Source: an uncultured Gemmatimonadales bacterium
Lineage (GTDB): Bacteria; Gemmatimonadota; Gemmatimonadetes; Gemmatimonadales; GWC2-71-9
Length of the DNA stretch: 64,000 nt
Reading direction: 5' to 3'
Assembly: GCA_963730185.1 (NCBI GenBank)
Contig: CAVSQW010000006.1
Coordinates: forward strand, 320,001-384,000
Within the stretch, counting starts at the first letter, position 1. Every line of letters begins with the position of its first letter. The position numbers and the translations under genes are program-made. Under the pieces are notes generated by a model. The model made no database searches. It saw nothing but the letters and a program-made list of their open reading frames with translations, and had not been told where the DNA came from. Positions 10,116 to 20,610 of the stretch are shown here, in pieces.

Positions 10116-10894
10116 CAGGAAGCCCCCGGATGCGACCGGGCCACGATCTGCATCTCGGCCAGCATGTGGCCCAGGAACTCCGAGTGCCGGCCCCTCCGCC
10201 CGCCCACCATCCGCATCGGAACGTCGGGCACGGTCAGCGTGGCCCGGCTCAGGACGTCCTTGACCAGCGCGTCGTAGCCAGGCCGCAAGGTCTCCGGATC
10301 GGGCGCCAGCCCCTCGGCCTGGAGGGAGCGGTCGACGTCGTCCTGATACCAGAATTCCACCGTCCACGGCCAGAGCTCGTCCAGCGCGGACTGGGCTCGC
10401 CGGTGGCTCTCGTCGGTGCCGTCGCCGAGCCGGACGACCCACTCCCCGGCGTGGCGCAGGTGGTATCGGTTTTCCTTGGCGGCCTTGGCGGCAATGCCGG
10501 CCAGATCGTCGTGCCCGACGGAGGCCAAGGCCTCCAGCTGCCCGTGGGCCCAGGCCGAAAAGAGAAACTGGCGGACCACCGTGAACGCGAAGTCGCCCGG
10601 GGGAAGCTCCACCAGTTGGACGTTCCGGAACCCGGTCTCGTCGCGCCAGTAGGCCAGGGCGTCGGCGTCGCGGCCCTCCCCCTCCGTTTGCCCGGCCAGG
10701 TTCAGGAACAGCTGCGCCTCGCCGACCAGATCGAGCGACACGTTGGCCAGGGCGATGTCCTCCTCGAGGATCGGCCCGTGCCCACACCACTCCGAGGTCC
10801 GGTGCCCGAGCACCAATCGATCGTCGCCCAACCGCAGCAGGTACTCGACCAGTGCCCCCGGCCTTCCCACCGTCCGCCCGCCGGCCCGACTCAT
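10112..10894 (-). CDS. paaC: 1,2-phenylacetyl-CoA epoxidase subunit C
   Basis: LGDDRLVLGHRTSEWCGHGPILEEDIAL; ends HPGASW. Confidence 0.95.
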   Translation of the reverse strand: MSRAGGRTVGRPGALVEYLLRLGDDRLVLGHRTSEWCGHGPILEEDIALANVSLDLVGEAQLFLNLAGQTEGEGRDADALAYWRDETGFRNVQLVELPPGDFAFTVVRQFLFSAWAHGQLEALASVGHDDLAGIAAKAAKENRYHLRHAGEWVVRLGDGTDESHRRAQSALDELWPWTVEFWYQDDVDRSLQAEGLAPDPETLRPGYDALVKDVLSRATLTVPDVPMRMVGGRRGRHSEFLGHMLAEMQIVARSHPGASW

Positions 10895-11196
10895 CAGAAC
10901 ACCCTGACGCCCCGGGGCGTCTTGTAGAATTGTGGGTGCCGGTAGGCCTTGTCGTTGCCAGGGTCGAAGAACGGCCCCGCGTCGCCCGGGCTCGACGCCG
11001 AGATCATCGTGCTCGGCACCACCCAGAGGCTCACCGCTTCGCCCCGGCGGGCGTACACGTCGCGCGCGTTCTGCATTGCCATCTCGGCGTCGGGCGCGTG
11101 GACGCTGCCGGCGTGCTCATGGGGCGCCCCGCTCTTGGGCTGGGTAAAGACCTCCCAGAGAGGCCACTGTCCCACGGCATCGGCTTCGGTCGCCAT
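10894..11196 (-). CDS. paaB: 1,2-phenylacetyl-CoA epoxidase subunit B
   Basis: WPLWEVF, GSVHAPDAEMAMQNARDVYARR, DKAYRHPQFY. Confidence 0.95.
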   Translation of the reverse strand: MATEADAVGQWPLWEVFTQPKSGAPHEHAGSVHAPDAEMAMQNARDVYARRGEAVSLWVVPSTMISASSPGDAGPFFDPGNDKAYRHPQFYKTPRGVRVF

Positions 11197-11220
11197 CGTG
11201 CTATTCCACTCCGTCAGAGG

Positions 11221-12189
11221 TCAGGCCGCGGTGGATCGCGCCCGGGCCGCCTGCTTGGCGGCAAAGGCGTCGGCGGCTTCGCGAACCCAGGATCCCCGCT
11301 CGTGCGCCTCCCGGCGGGCGGCCAGCCGTTCGTGATTGCAGGGCCCGTTGCCCTTGATGACCTGGAAGAACTCGGCCCAGTCGATCGGGCCGATCTCCCA
11401 GTCCTTGGTCTCCTCGTTGTAGGTCAGGACGGGATCCGGGACCGTAAGCCCGATCGACTGGGCCTGCGGAATCGTCAGGTTGACGAAGCGCTGGCGGAGC
11501 TCGTCGTTGCTCTTCTGCTTGACCCGCCAGCGAAGCAGCTCGGCGCTATTGGGCGATTCCTTGTCCGACGGACCAAACATCATCAGCGACGGCCACCACC
11601 AGCGATTTACCGCGTCCTGCGCCATGGCTTTCTGGGCCGGGGTGCCCCGGGCCAGCGTGGTCATGATCTCGTAGCCCTGCCGCTTGTGGAAGTTCTCTTC
11701 CTTGCAGATCCGGATCATCGCCCGGGCGTACGGGCCGTAGGAGGCCTTGGCCAGCATCGTCTGGTTCACGATCGCGGCGCCGTCCACCAGCCACCCGATG
11801 GCGCCCATGTCGGCCCAGGTCAGGGTCGGATAGTTGAAGATGCTGGAGTACTTCGCCTTGCCTTCGAGCAGCTGGTCGATCAGCTCGGCCCGATCCACGC
11901 CCAGCGTCTCGGTCCCGCAGTAGATATAGAGGCCGTGCCCGGCCTCGTCCTGGACCTTGGCCAAGAGGGCCATCTTCCGGCGAAGGTTCGGAGCCCGGGT
12001 GATCCAGTTGCCCTCCGGCAGCATCCCGACCACCTCGGAGTGGGCGTGCTGCGACATCATCCGGATCAGCTGCTTCCGATACCGCTCCGGCATCCAATCC
12101 TTGGGCTCGATCGTCTCACCGGCCGCGATCCGGGCCTCGAATGCCTCGTTGGCCGGGTCGCGGTCGGGGGTCGGGATGTTGCTCGCCAT
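11221..12189 (-). CDS. paaA: 1,2-phenylacetyl-CoA epoxidase subunit A (diiron)
   Basis: [40 protein letters not shown]. Confidence 0.96.
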   Translation of the reverse strand: MASNIPTPDRDPANEAFEARIAAGETIEPKDWMPERYRKQLIRMMSQHAHSEVVGMLPEGNWITRAPNLRRKMALLAKVQDEAGHGLYIYCGTETLGVDRAELIDQLLEGKAKYSSIFNYPTLTWADMGAIGWLVDGAAIVNQTMLAKASYGPYARAMIRICKEENFHKRQGYEIMTTLARGTPAQKAMAQDAVNRWWWPSLMMFGPSDKESPNSAELLRWRVKQKSNDELRQRFVNLTIPQAQSIGLTVPDPVLTYNEETKDWEIGPIDWAEFFQVIKGNGPCNHERLAARREAHERGSWVREAADAFAAKQAARARSTAA

Positions 12190-12364
12190 GGCGCGGTTCC
12201 TTCCATCAAAGAGTCCTACCCAGCAATCTACACCCCGGGCTGAAATGGGCCAAGTCCGCATATGACATTACTTTAGACCGTCTTCACGGGCTCGCGTCCT
12301 GACCCGGATGCCCTTCGGCGATCATCCCGCTATACTCCCGGTCCCCGACTCACGAGGAGTGAAG

Positions 12365-13000
12365 ATGGCCGTTCGTCTCGGCGACACCGCACCCGACTTT
12401 CAGGCCGACACCACCCAGGGCCCGATCCGCTTCCACGAGTGGAAGGGCGACTCCTGGGCCGTGCTCTTCTCGCACCCCAAGGACTTCACCCCGGTCTGCA
12501 CCACCGAGCTCGGCACGGTGGCCCGGCTCAAGCCGGAATTCGACCGCCGGAACGTGAAGGTCATCGGCCTCTCGGTCGACCCGGTGCCGTCGCACCTGGA
12601 GTGGGAGAAGGACATCACCGACGTCACCGGTCAGACCGTGAACTTCCCGATGATCGGCGATCCGGATCGGAAGGTCACCACCCTCTACGACATGATCCAT
12701 CCGAACGCCAACGACACCCTCACGGTCCGCTCGGTGTTCGTGATCGGTCCCGATCACAAGGTGAAGCTGACGCTGACCTATCCGGCCAGCGCGGGTCGGA
12801 ACTTCGACGAACTCCTCAGGGTCATCGATTCCCTGCAGCTCACCGCGCGGTACGCGGTCTCCACGCCGGCCGATTGGCAGGACGGCGACGACGTCATCAT
12901 CTCGCCCGCCTTGAGCGACGCCGACGCCAAGCAGAAGTTCCCGAAAGGCTTCGTGACCAAGAAGCCGTACCTCCGGGTCACCCCCCAACCCAACCGCTGA
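12365..13000 (+). CDS. 1-Cys peroxiredoxin (Prx6 type)
   Basis: FSHPKDFTPVCTTE; GAGGAG RBS. Confidence 0.92.
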   Translation: MAVRLGDTAPDFQADTTQGPIRFHEWKGDSWAVLFSHPKDFTPVCTTELGTVARLKPEFDRRNVKVIGLSVDPVPSHLEWEKDITDVTGQTVNFPMIGDPDRKVTTLYDMIHPNANDTLTVRSVFVIGPDHKVKLTLTYPASAGRNFDELLRVIDSLQLTARYAVSTPADWQDGDDVIISPALSDADAKQKFPKGFVTKKPYLRVTPQPNR

Positions 13001-13014
13001 GCCGGGAGGCGATT

Positions 13015-13782
13015 CTGTCCCACGATCCGACGCAGGACGGCCGAGTGACGTCGACCCCTCGGGAGGGCGTCACCACCATCGAATTCGGGCACCCCAAGAG
13101 CAACTCCCTCCCCGGCCGGATCCTCGGCCAGCTGGCCGACGCGATCACGGCCGCGGGACGGGACGAACGCTGTCGGGTGATCGTGCTCCGCGGCGAAGGC
13201 ACCCGGGCCTTCTGCGCCGGCGCCTCGTTCGACGAGCTCCGTGCCGTGGCCGATCCCGCCGCCGGCCAACAGTTCTTCTCGGGCTTCGCCCGGGTCATCC
13301 TGGCCATGATCCGGGCCCCGCAGTTCGTCGTGGCGCGGGTCCATGGCAAGGCGGCCGGCGGGGGGGTCGGGTTGATCGCGGCCGCGGATTACGCCATCGC
13401 CACCAGCGGCGCGTCCGTCAAGCTCAGCGAGCTGGCGGTCGGGATCGGACCGTTCGTGGTGGGTCCGGTGATCGAGCGGAAGGTCGGACTCGGCGCCTTC
13501 GCGGCGCTCTCGGTCGACGCCGATTGGCGGTCGGCCGCATGGGCCGCCGAGCAGGGGCTCTACGCGGTCGTCACCGAGGACATCGCCGGACTCGACCAGG
13601 CGGTCGCCGGCCGGGCGGCGTGGCTGGCCGCCGCCAACGTCGAGGCGATGCGTGAGCTCAAGCGGATGTTCTGGCACGGCACGGAGTCCTGGGACGCGCT
13701 CCTGGCGGAGCGTGCGGCGATCAGCGGCCGCCTGGTCCTGACCCCGGCGGCCCGGGCCGCGATCGAGGCCGTCGGCCGCTAG
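13015..13782 (+). CDS. Enoyl-CoA hydratase/isomerase family protein
   Basis: HPKSNSLP, FCAGASFDEL, GKAAGGG, LSELAVGIGP; start uncertain (13015 or 13045). Confidence 0.85.
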   Translation: MSHDPTQDGRVTSTPREGVTTIEFGHPKSNSLPGRILGQLADAITAAGRDERCRVIVLRGEGTRAFCAGASFDELRAVADPAAGQQFFSGFARVILAMIRAPQFVVARVHGKAAGGGVGLIAAADYAIATSGASVKLSELAVGIGPFVVGPVIERKVGLGAFAALSVDADWRSAAWAAEQGLYAVVTEDIAGLDQAVAGRAAWLAAANVEAMRELKRMFWHGTESWDALLAERAAISGRLVLTPAARAAIEAVGR

Positions 13783-14807
13783 GGCCGGGCCACCGTCATC
13801 CGGACGATCCGGCCCTCCGGACCGACCATCCAACCCACCCCACGGGGCGAGAAGGCCGCCGCCCAGTACTCGGCGTCGTCGAGGCGACGCCAGCTGGTCC
13901 CGTCGTCCTGGGACCAGGACGCCCCCCGGGGCCCGACCGCGACCAACACCGGCCCGGGCCCGTACACCAGACCATAAACCGGCCCCGGAAAGCTGGGCCG
14001 GCCGCCCAACCGCCAGCTCTGGCCGCCGTCCCGGGTGACGATCACGTTGTCGGTGTAGACGTCCTGCTTGCCCAGATCGCCGCCGGCCGCGACTCCGATC
14101 TTCTCCGAGCGGAACGCCAGCGACGCGATCCCGGCCGAGCCGCCGTGGATCATCGGGGTCGCGGTCACCTCCACCCCGCGCTGGGTGGCCCGGATCACCC
14201 GGCCACCCAACGCCGTCCCCAACCAGAACCCGCCGTCTTCCGCCACCACGATGCAGGTCCCGCTGGCGGCGAACGCGCCTTCGCCCGGAAGGGCCCGGAT
14301 CGAATCGTAGCCCGGCGGCTCGAAAGGCTCCCACGAGCGCCCGCCGTTTCGGGTCCGAAGCAACGGGAAGTGCCCGCCCACCTCGTCGCTCACCGCCACG
14401 CCGAACGAGCCCGCGAAGTCGATGCAGTCGTAGAACGCCTTGGGCTCACGATTGGTGAAGACCAGGATCCAGCTTCGGCCCCCGTCCTCGGTCCGGTAAA
14501 GGCGCGACTTCTCGCCGGGGCCGGCGGCGAGGAGGACGGCTCGGCGGGCATCGAAGGCATGCACGTCGCGGAACTCGAGCGAGTCCGCACCGGGCACCAC
14601 GTGCGCTTCCCAGGTCTTCCCGCCGTTCTCGGTCCGTGCGAACGTGCCACCGGTCCCGCTCACCCACACCACATCGGGGCTGACCACGGAGATCGCCTGC
14701 AACCGGGCAGTCGTACCCGAGCGTTGCGGCTCCAACCGCGGCGGCACCTGGGCCAGGATGGCGGTCGGGAGGGCCAGGAACAGGCCGTACCAGAAATGTC
14801 GTCGCAT
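13779..14807 (-). CDS. Secreted BNR/Asp-box repeat beta-propeller (Ycf48-like)
   Basis: Signal peptide; repeated T.DGG.SW Asp-boxes. Confidence 0.8.
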   Translation of the reverse strand: MRRHFWYGLFLALPTAILAQVPPRLEPQRSGTTARLQAISVVSPDVVWVSGTGGTFARTENGGKTWEAHVVPGADSLEFRDVHAFDARRAVLLAAGPGEKSRLYRTEDGGRSWILVFTNREPKAFYDCIDFAGSFGVAVSDEVGGHFPLLRTRNGGRSWEPFEPPGYDSIRALPGEGAFAASGTCIVVAEDGGFWLGTALGGRVIRATQRGVEVTATPMIHGGSAGIASLAFRSEKIGVAAGGDLGKQDVYTDNVIVTRDGGQSWRLGGRPSFPGPVYGLVYGPGPVLVAVGPRGASWSQDDGTSWRRLDDAEYWAAAFSPRGVGWMVGPEGRIVRMTVARP

Positions 14808-14970
14808 CGACCTCGTCGGGGCGGGAGGCAACCTGTCGTCGCCAGTTCAGGGTGGCACCGTCGCAGGGCCATCAACGCCCGGCTCGGCGCCGAAAGCTAC
14901 TTGGATACCTCGGGATTCGCCCACCGCCCAACCACCCACCGCTCCGACGATGGGGGCGGGGATCACAGCG

Positions 14971-15531
14971 TCAGACGAGCTCGGCTGCCTCTCGGACCAG
15001 GCTCTCGGCCAGGGCCCGAAGTCGCTCCGTCGTTCTCTCGGCCGGAAGCAGGGCATCGAGGCGCCCGAAGTCGCGAACCAATCCGTCCTGCCGGGCCGGC
15101 GAGAGCAGCTCATCCGCCATCGGGAACACCAGGTCGTCTTCCTTCTGGATATGATCCCGAAGCAGCGCGACGTAGCCTCGGGTGGCCGAGATCAGCGGGT
15201 CCCGCGCGGTGGGATCGGCTTCGGCCAGTCGGGTCGCCGCGTCACGGATGGCGCCGGCGTATCGGCGCCCCTCCTGGTGTTCCTCCAGCATGACGGCGAT
15301 CGGCCCACCGCCGACGAGCGTGCCTCCCTCGATCATCGCCGGGAAGAGCACGCCTTCCTCCTTCTGGTGATGACAGCCGTCGGCGAACCCGGTAATGAAG
15401 GTGACCGCGTCGAGAAAGAAGGCGGGCCTCACGGACCGGGCCCGAGCCAAATGATCCGCGGCCAGCTCGAGCGCATCCAGTACGGGCTCGATGGTCCGGT
15501 GCTCGTCCATCAGAATGTCGATCGCTCGCAT
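14971..15531 (-). CDS. Hemerythrin/HHE domain protein
   Basis: DEH, HHQKEEGVLFP, EEH, HIQKEDDLVFP; AGGAGG RBS; 34 nt after had. Confidence 0.88.
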   Translation of the reverse strand: MRAIDILMDEHRTIEPVLDALELAADHLARARSVRPAFFLDAVTFITGFADGCHHQKEEGVLFPAMIEGGTLVGGGPIAVMLEEHQEGRRYAGAIRDAATRLAEADPTARDPLISATRGYVALLRDHIQKEDDLVFPMADELLSPARQDGLVRDFGRLDALLPAERTTERLRALAESLVREAAELV

Positions 15532-15565
15532 CGTGCCTCCTGGCCTGCGCTCCCCGCCACACCCT

Positions 15566-16641
15566 TCACGCCGGGGTCAGCACGGCCCGCCGCGACAGTT
15601 GTCCGTGGTGGGCCGCATCGAAAACCTGATTGATCTCGTTCAGCGGGTGGCGCTCGACGAACGGTCTGACCTTGATCCGACCCTGGCCGATCCAGGCCAG
15701 CAGCTCGGGATAGACCGAACGGGTCGGCGCCCCAGTTGCCTCGTGCCACGGCATCATAGGCCATGAGGTTCGACAGGGAGACTTCCATCTGGTCCATCGT
15801 GAACCCGACCACCGCCAGCGTGGCGCCGAATCCGAGGAGGCCGAACGCGGTCTCTTGCCCCGCCCGGGTGCCCGAGGTCTCGAAGATCTTCCAGAGGTGG
15901 GGCGGCGCTCCATCTGCTCGGCTTCGGCTCTGACCCGCTTCCGCATCTCCTTCACCGCGAGTCCGCGCAGATTCAAGACCGCCCGGGCGCCGGCTTGCCT
16001 GGGCCTGCTCCAGCTTGCCGTCGTCGACATCCAGCGCGATCACCAGGCCCCCGGACGCCGACGCGATCTGCACCGCGTGAATCCCGATCCCGCCGACCCC
16101 GACGACGACGGCCAGCTCGCCCTCGGCCAGGCCCGATCGCTGCACCGCCTGGAAGGGAGTCGCCACCGCGTCCGACACCACGGCGAGCTCCCAGAGCTCG
16201 TGCGGTCGCGAGCACCGCGTCCGGCACCGGACAGAGAAACCGGGCCGGCACGGTGACGTGGCTGGCATAGCCGCCGTCGCGGTCGTTGCCGGGCATCACC
16301 TGGCGGCGGCAGATCGTGCGGTGGCCGGCTCGGCAGAGATCGCACTCGCCGCAGGGCAGAACGGCCGGCACGATCACCGGCCGCCCCAGCAGCGACCGGT
16401 CCACGCCGGACCCGATCTCGGTCACCACCCCACTGATCTCGTGGCCCAGGACGAGGGGAAGCGCCTCCCGGGTCTTCACGCCCTGGTAGAGAAAGGAGAG
16501 ATCGGTGTGGCACACCCCGCACCCGGCCACCTCGACGACCGCTTCGCCGGCCACGGGAGCCACCGGCGGACCCCGCCGGTGCTCCAGCCGAGCTCCGATC
16601 GCGGTCATCGGCCACGCCTCCCATTGCTGGGGACTCGTCAT
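15566..16641 (-). CDS. had: 6-hydroxycyclohex-1-ene-1-carbonyl-CoA dehydrogenase (Zn-dependent MDR), about 4 frameshifts
   Basis: GCGVCHTD, GHEISG, PCGECDLC, RQVMPGND, GVGGIG, WKIFETSG, LSNLMAYDA, GNWG. Pieces lie in ORFs 15973..16695, 15510..16268 and 15566..16030. Confidence 0.85.
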
Positions 16642-16667
16642 CGTCCGCCTCCTTGCGGGTCGCCCGC

Positions 16668-18545
16668 CTAATCTCCGAAGACGAAGTTGCCGCACTCATG
16701 ACAGCGATCGAGCGTCCGGTCCCGCCCCGCGAAGCAGGGTCGGTCGTCCGGGCCCAACCGCATCACCTTGCGCAGGAACCGGCAGTCGCAATCCTCCGCC
16801 GGTTCGTAGACCGCATCGAGATACTCCTTCCGCGCCTCGAAGCACGTTCCGGAATCGGACCTTGAGGGACGGGGTGAGCTCCTGCTCCTCGACCGAGAGC
16901 TCCTTGCTGATCACGGCGAAGGCCTGGATCCGCTCGTACTTGACCGGGTGCGACAGCGTTGAACGCCAGCACCGACTCGCGAAGGGCCTGTTTCACCGCT
17001 CGGTCCGCGGCGGCCCGATCCTCGCCGAACTCTTCCTCGATCCGGAAGAAGTCGGGAAAGATCAGGGCACGCAGAAAATCACGTCCCTCGCCGGTCACGA
17101 TCACGTGACGAATGTACGGGCTCATCCCCGCCAGCCGGTTCTCGAGCTCGGTCGGGCACCACCTTCTCGGCGTTGAGCAGCTTGAAGACGCGGTCCTTCC
17201 GGGTGACGAGCCGGAGACCGGCCCCGACGAACTCACCCAGATCGCCGGTGTGAAACCACCCGTCGCCGGGCAACGCCCGCGCGGTGGCCTCCGGACTGTC
17301 GAAGTAACCCGGCATGACGTTGGGGCCCCGTACCAGGATCTCTCCGTCCGCCGCCAGCCGCAGCCGGACGCCGGGAATGGGATAGCCGACCATGCCCGGC
17401 GTGGTCCGCGGCTCGGCGGGATCGGTCACCGTGCAGCAGGGGGCGGTTTCGGTGAGCCCCCAACCCTCCTGCACCGCAATGCCGCGAGCCGCGAAGAAGG
17501 CCGAAAGGTTGGCCGGAAGCGGAGCCGCCGCGGTGAACACGAAGCGAAGCTCCGGGTGAAAGAGGCCGTCCGCGTCGGCCGGGTGCGTCTCGGCGTGACC
17601 GACGAGCTGCTGAAACACCTTCGGCACGCTGAAGTAGACCGTGGGCCGGACGGTCAGCCAGTTGGCGAGCAAGCGGTCGAAGTCCCGCCCGTAACTGTCG
17701 TCGAGAACGAGAAGGGCGCCGTTGTGGAGGGCCGCGTACTTCTCGAAGTTGCCGCCGAAGCTGTGATGCCAGGGGAGGTACGAGAGAAATCGGTCCTCGG
17801 CCGTCACCGACCAGACCGCCGCGGCCAGGGCCCGTTGCTGCGAGAGCAGGTTGTCGTGGGTGAGCAGCACACCCTTGTTCAGTCCGGTGGTCCCCGAGGT
17901 ATAGAGCATCAGGCACGCGGCGTCGGGATCGACTGCCACCGCCCGCGCCAGAAATCGGTCCGGAGCAACCGACCCGGCCCCAGCCAGGATCTCGTCCAAC
18001 CAGGTGTATCCCAGCGAGCGGCCGAGTCCGGCCGCCGCCAGCTCGCCCGTCGTGATCGGGTCGAAGGAGACAATCTCCCGGACCGAGGTCGGGACTCGCA
18101 CCCGGGCCAGCTGCCCGGCGTCGGCGAGCACGAGCACCGCCGGACGGGCCTGCCCGGCGAGCGCGCTGGCCTGCTCCATTGGGTAGCCGGCGAACACCGG
18201 TACGTGAATCGCGCCCAGGCCCATGACGGCGAACTCTGTCACCAGGAGCTCCCGTCGGTTCGGCGAAAAGGCGACGACCCGGTCGCCGGGGATTACGCCG
18301 ACCTCTTCCAGGTGTGCCGCCAACCGCGCCACGTCCGCGAGGAACGACCGCCAGCTCAGGGCTTCGAAGTCGCTCCCCCGGCGCTCCCACAGCATCGCGC
18401 GGTCGCCGAACCGCTCGACGTTTCGGGCCAGGAGCCCTCCCATCGACTCCCGCGGGCCGTCCACGGCCAGGGCCGAATGGATCTCGTCGCCGTCGCGAAC
18501 GGCGGCCCGAGCATGCCGTGCACTCGAACTGCCGCGCTCGTTCAT
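16668..18545 (-). CDS. AMP-forming acyl-CoA synthetase (long-chain type) with Cys-rich C-terminal tail, about 3 frameshifts
   Basis: YTSGTTGLNKG, LPWHH, EGWGLTE, FHTGDLG, ELTPSLKV. Hand translation of the last frame ends EDCDCRFLRKVMRL...PC...RCHECGNFVFGD*. Confidence 0.8.
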
Positions 18546-19369
18546 GGCGTCCTCCTGGAGTCCCGGTCGGCGGCGCGGGCGGCGCTCGGCCCGACGGACG
18601 GGGAGCCTTCCCGGGCGGCGAGCGCGGCCCCGATGGCGCCGATTTCCTGCGGATGGGGCGGGAGGATCACCTGCCGCTGGAGCACCCGCTCCAGCAGATC
18701 GACCATCGTCCGGTGATGAGCCACGACGCCGCCGGTGACGACTACGGTGCCCTGAAAGACGTCCATCTCGATCACCCGCTTGACCAGCGAGCGGTACGCC
18801 GCCCGGGCGAGGTCGGGCGGCCGCTTGCCGGCCCGGATCAGCGACAGGAGCTCGGTGCCCGCGAAGACGGTGCAGAAGCTGCCCAGCTCGATGTCCTCCG
18901 TGGCTCCGCCGGCCAATTGGTCGAGCTCGTCGACCACGATGCCCAGACGGAGGGCGATCTCCTCCAGAAAACTGCCCGTGCCCGCGGCGCATTTCCGGTT
19001 CATCCGGTGCGCCACCCGCCGGCCTGAGTCATCGAGGCGGATGACTTTGGCGTCCTGACCACCGATGTCGAGCACCACGAGCGGACCGTCCACGTAATGG
19101 GCCACCCCGCGCGCGTGGCAGTCGAGCTCCGTCCGAGACCCGTCGGCGAAGGGAATCGCTTCCCGGCCGAAGCCGGTGGCCCAGACGGCTTCGATCTCCG
19201 AACGGGCCACGCCGGCTCCCGCGAGCGCCAGCGCGAAGGCCCGTTCCGCGGCGGCGGCGAGATCGGCTCCCGAGCGCACCACGCCGGTGCCGGCGACGTC
19301 GCCCCGGGCATCGAGAATCGCGGCCTTGGTGTTCCACGAGCCACTGTCGATACCGGCGAACCAGGTCAT
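18542..19369 (-). CDS. BadF/BadG/BcrA/BcrD-family ATPase (acyl-CoA dehydratase activase), canonical motifs
   Basis: GIDSGSWNTK, TGFGR, CHARG, LDIGGQDAK, MNRKCAAGTGSFL, FCTVFA; ATGA-coupled at both ends. Confidence 0.9.
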   Translation of the reverse strand: MTWFAGIDSGSWNTKAAILDARGDVAGTGVVRSGADLAAAAERAFALALAGAGVARSEIEAVWATGFGREAIPFADGSRTELDCHARGVAHYVDGPLVVLDIGGQDAKVIRLDDSGRRVAHRMNRKCAAGTGSFLEEIALRLGIVVDELDQLAGGATEDIELGSFCTVFAGTELLSLIRAGKRPPDLARAAYRSLVKRVIEMDVFQGTVVVTGGVVAHHRTMVDLLERVLQRQVILPPHPQEIGAIGAALAAREGSPSVGPSAARAADRDSRRTP

Positions 19370-20610
19370 CCGGGCCTCGCTCGCCGCCCCGCCATCCGGG
19401 CATCCGCGAGGAGCTCGACGAAGCCCTCGAGGTTGGTGCGCGACTGCTCGTCGGAGAAACACCGGAGATCGTTCACATCGCCGTCGAGCACCAACGTGGG
19501 AATGCCCATCCGTTCCGCGAGGCGGCGGGGCATGCCATACCGGGTGTTGGTGTTGTTGGGGCAGGTCCGGCAATCATGGAAGACGATTCCGTCGACATCG
19601 TAAAACCTCGCCATCTCCTCGATGTAGCGTTCCTTCGGCTCCTCCGACCGGACGATGAACAGCTCGAGTGAGGCCCGGGCCATCGACCGAACCGGATCGG
19701 CCGGGTCGAGCGCCGAGAAGATCCAGCTGTTGCAGTAGGTGGACGCCACGACCGCGGTACGGAAGTCCGCCAGCAGGGTGCCGAGCGCTCGGAGTCGACC
19801 CCAGATCGGCATCCCCTCCCAGTAGAGTCGGTACGACTCGTCCGGGACCGCCGCGTCGCCGGCGGCTGCCCGCCCCTCCAGCTCGGCGAGCAAGGTCCGG
19901 TAATAGGCCGGGGCCTCCGGCGCCCCCCGCAGCACCACCGCCGGTCCCATGTGGATGGTGCCATCGAAAAAGGTGAGCGGCGCCGGATGATGCGCCCCGG
20001 TCTCCAGACAGGCTCGCCAGAGCTCCGAGCAGTCCCGCGACACCTGAACCGCCTCGGCCAGCCGGGTCGGGTCGAGTCGCCGTCCCGCCACCGCTTCGAG
20101 CGGAGGGATCAGGGCCTCGATCTGGGAGGCCACGCCGTCGACGTCGTCGGGTCGGACCTCGTCGATCGAGCGGGGTGAGCGAATCCCCACGACGGGCGCC
20201 CCCCAGCGCCGGCCGTAGAACTCGAACCAGTCCCGCACGTCGCGGCACTGGTTGGTGTTGAAGACCAGCACGTCCGCCCGGGGTACGCCACCGAGGCCGA
20301 ATCCCGCCAGCGGGGTTTCGCCGGCCAGGAACGCGCCGATGTCGCTCGTCAGGTAGGAGCAGATGTCCGGGGAGTACCCCAGGGCGTGAGCCCGGGGCAT
20401 CAGGTCGTTGGCCCGCCGGGTGGCCCCCAGCATGGCCGCGTGATTCTCCGGAAAGAACACCTGAAAACCCAGGGCCCGGAGCAACTCCGCCGGCCCGACG
20501 CTGGTGCACCAGGCGACCGGTGCCGTCTTCCGGGTCACGGCGTCGCCCAGGGCCGCGTAGTACGCGGCCATCGTCTCCTTGAGCGCCCCGGTGCTGGCCA
20601 GGGGGCTCAT
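19366..20610 (-). CDS. 2-hydroxyacyl-CoA dehydratase / BcrB-family [4Fe-4S] subunit
   Basis: PENHAA, DICSY, NTNQCR, HDCRTCPNN, DGDVNDLR; three expected cluster Cys present. Confidence 0.88.
   Translation of the reverse strand: MSPLASTGALKETMAAYYAALGDAVTRKTAPVAWCTSVGPAELLRALGFQVFFPENHAAMLGATRRANDLMPRAHALGYSPDICSYLTSDIGAFLAGETPLAGFGLGGVPRADVLVFNTNQCRDVRDWFEFYGRRWGAPVVGIRSPRSIDEVRPDDVDGVASQIEALIPPLEAVAGRRLDPTRLAEAVQVSRDCSELWRACLETGAHHPAPLTFFDGTIHMGPAVVLRGAPEAPAYYRTLLAELEGRAAAGDAAVPDESYRLYWEGMPIWGRLRALGTLLADFRTAVVASTYCNSWIFSALDPADPVRSMARASLELFIVRSEEPKERYIEEMARFYDVDGIVFHDCRTCPNNTNTRYGMPRRLAERMGIPTLVLDGDVNDLRCFSDEQSRTNLEGFVELLADARMAGRRARPG

Noticed and set aside
12439..13782. Apparent long N-terminal extension on the enoyl-CoA hydratase
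   Set aside because: It overlaps the peroxiredoxin out of frame; the real gene starts after 13000.
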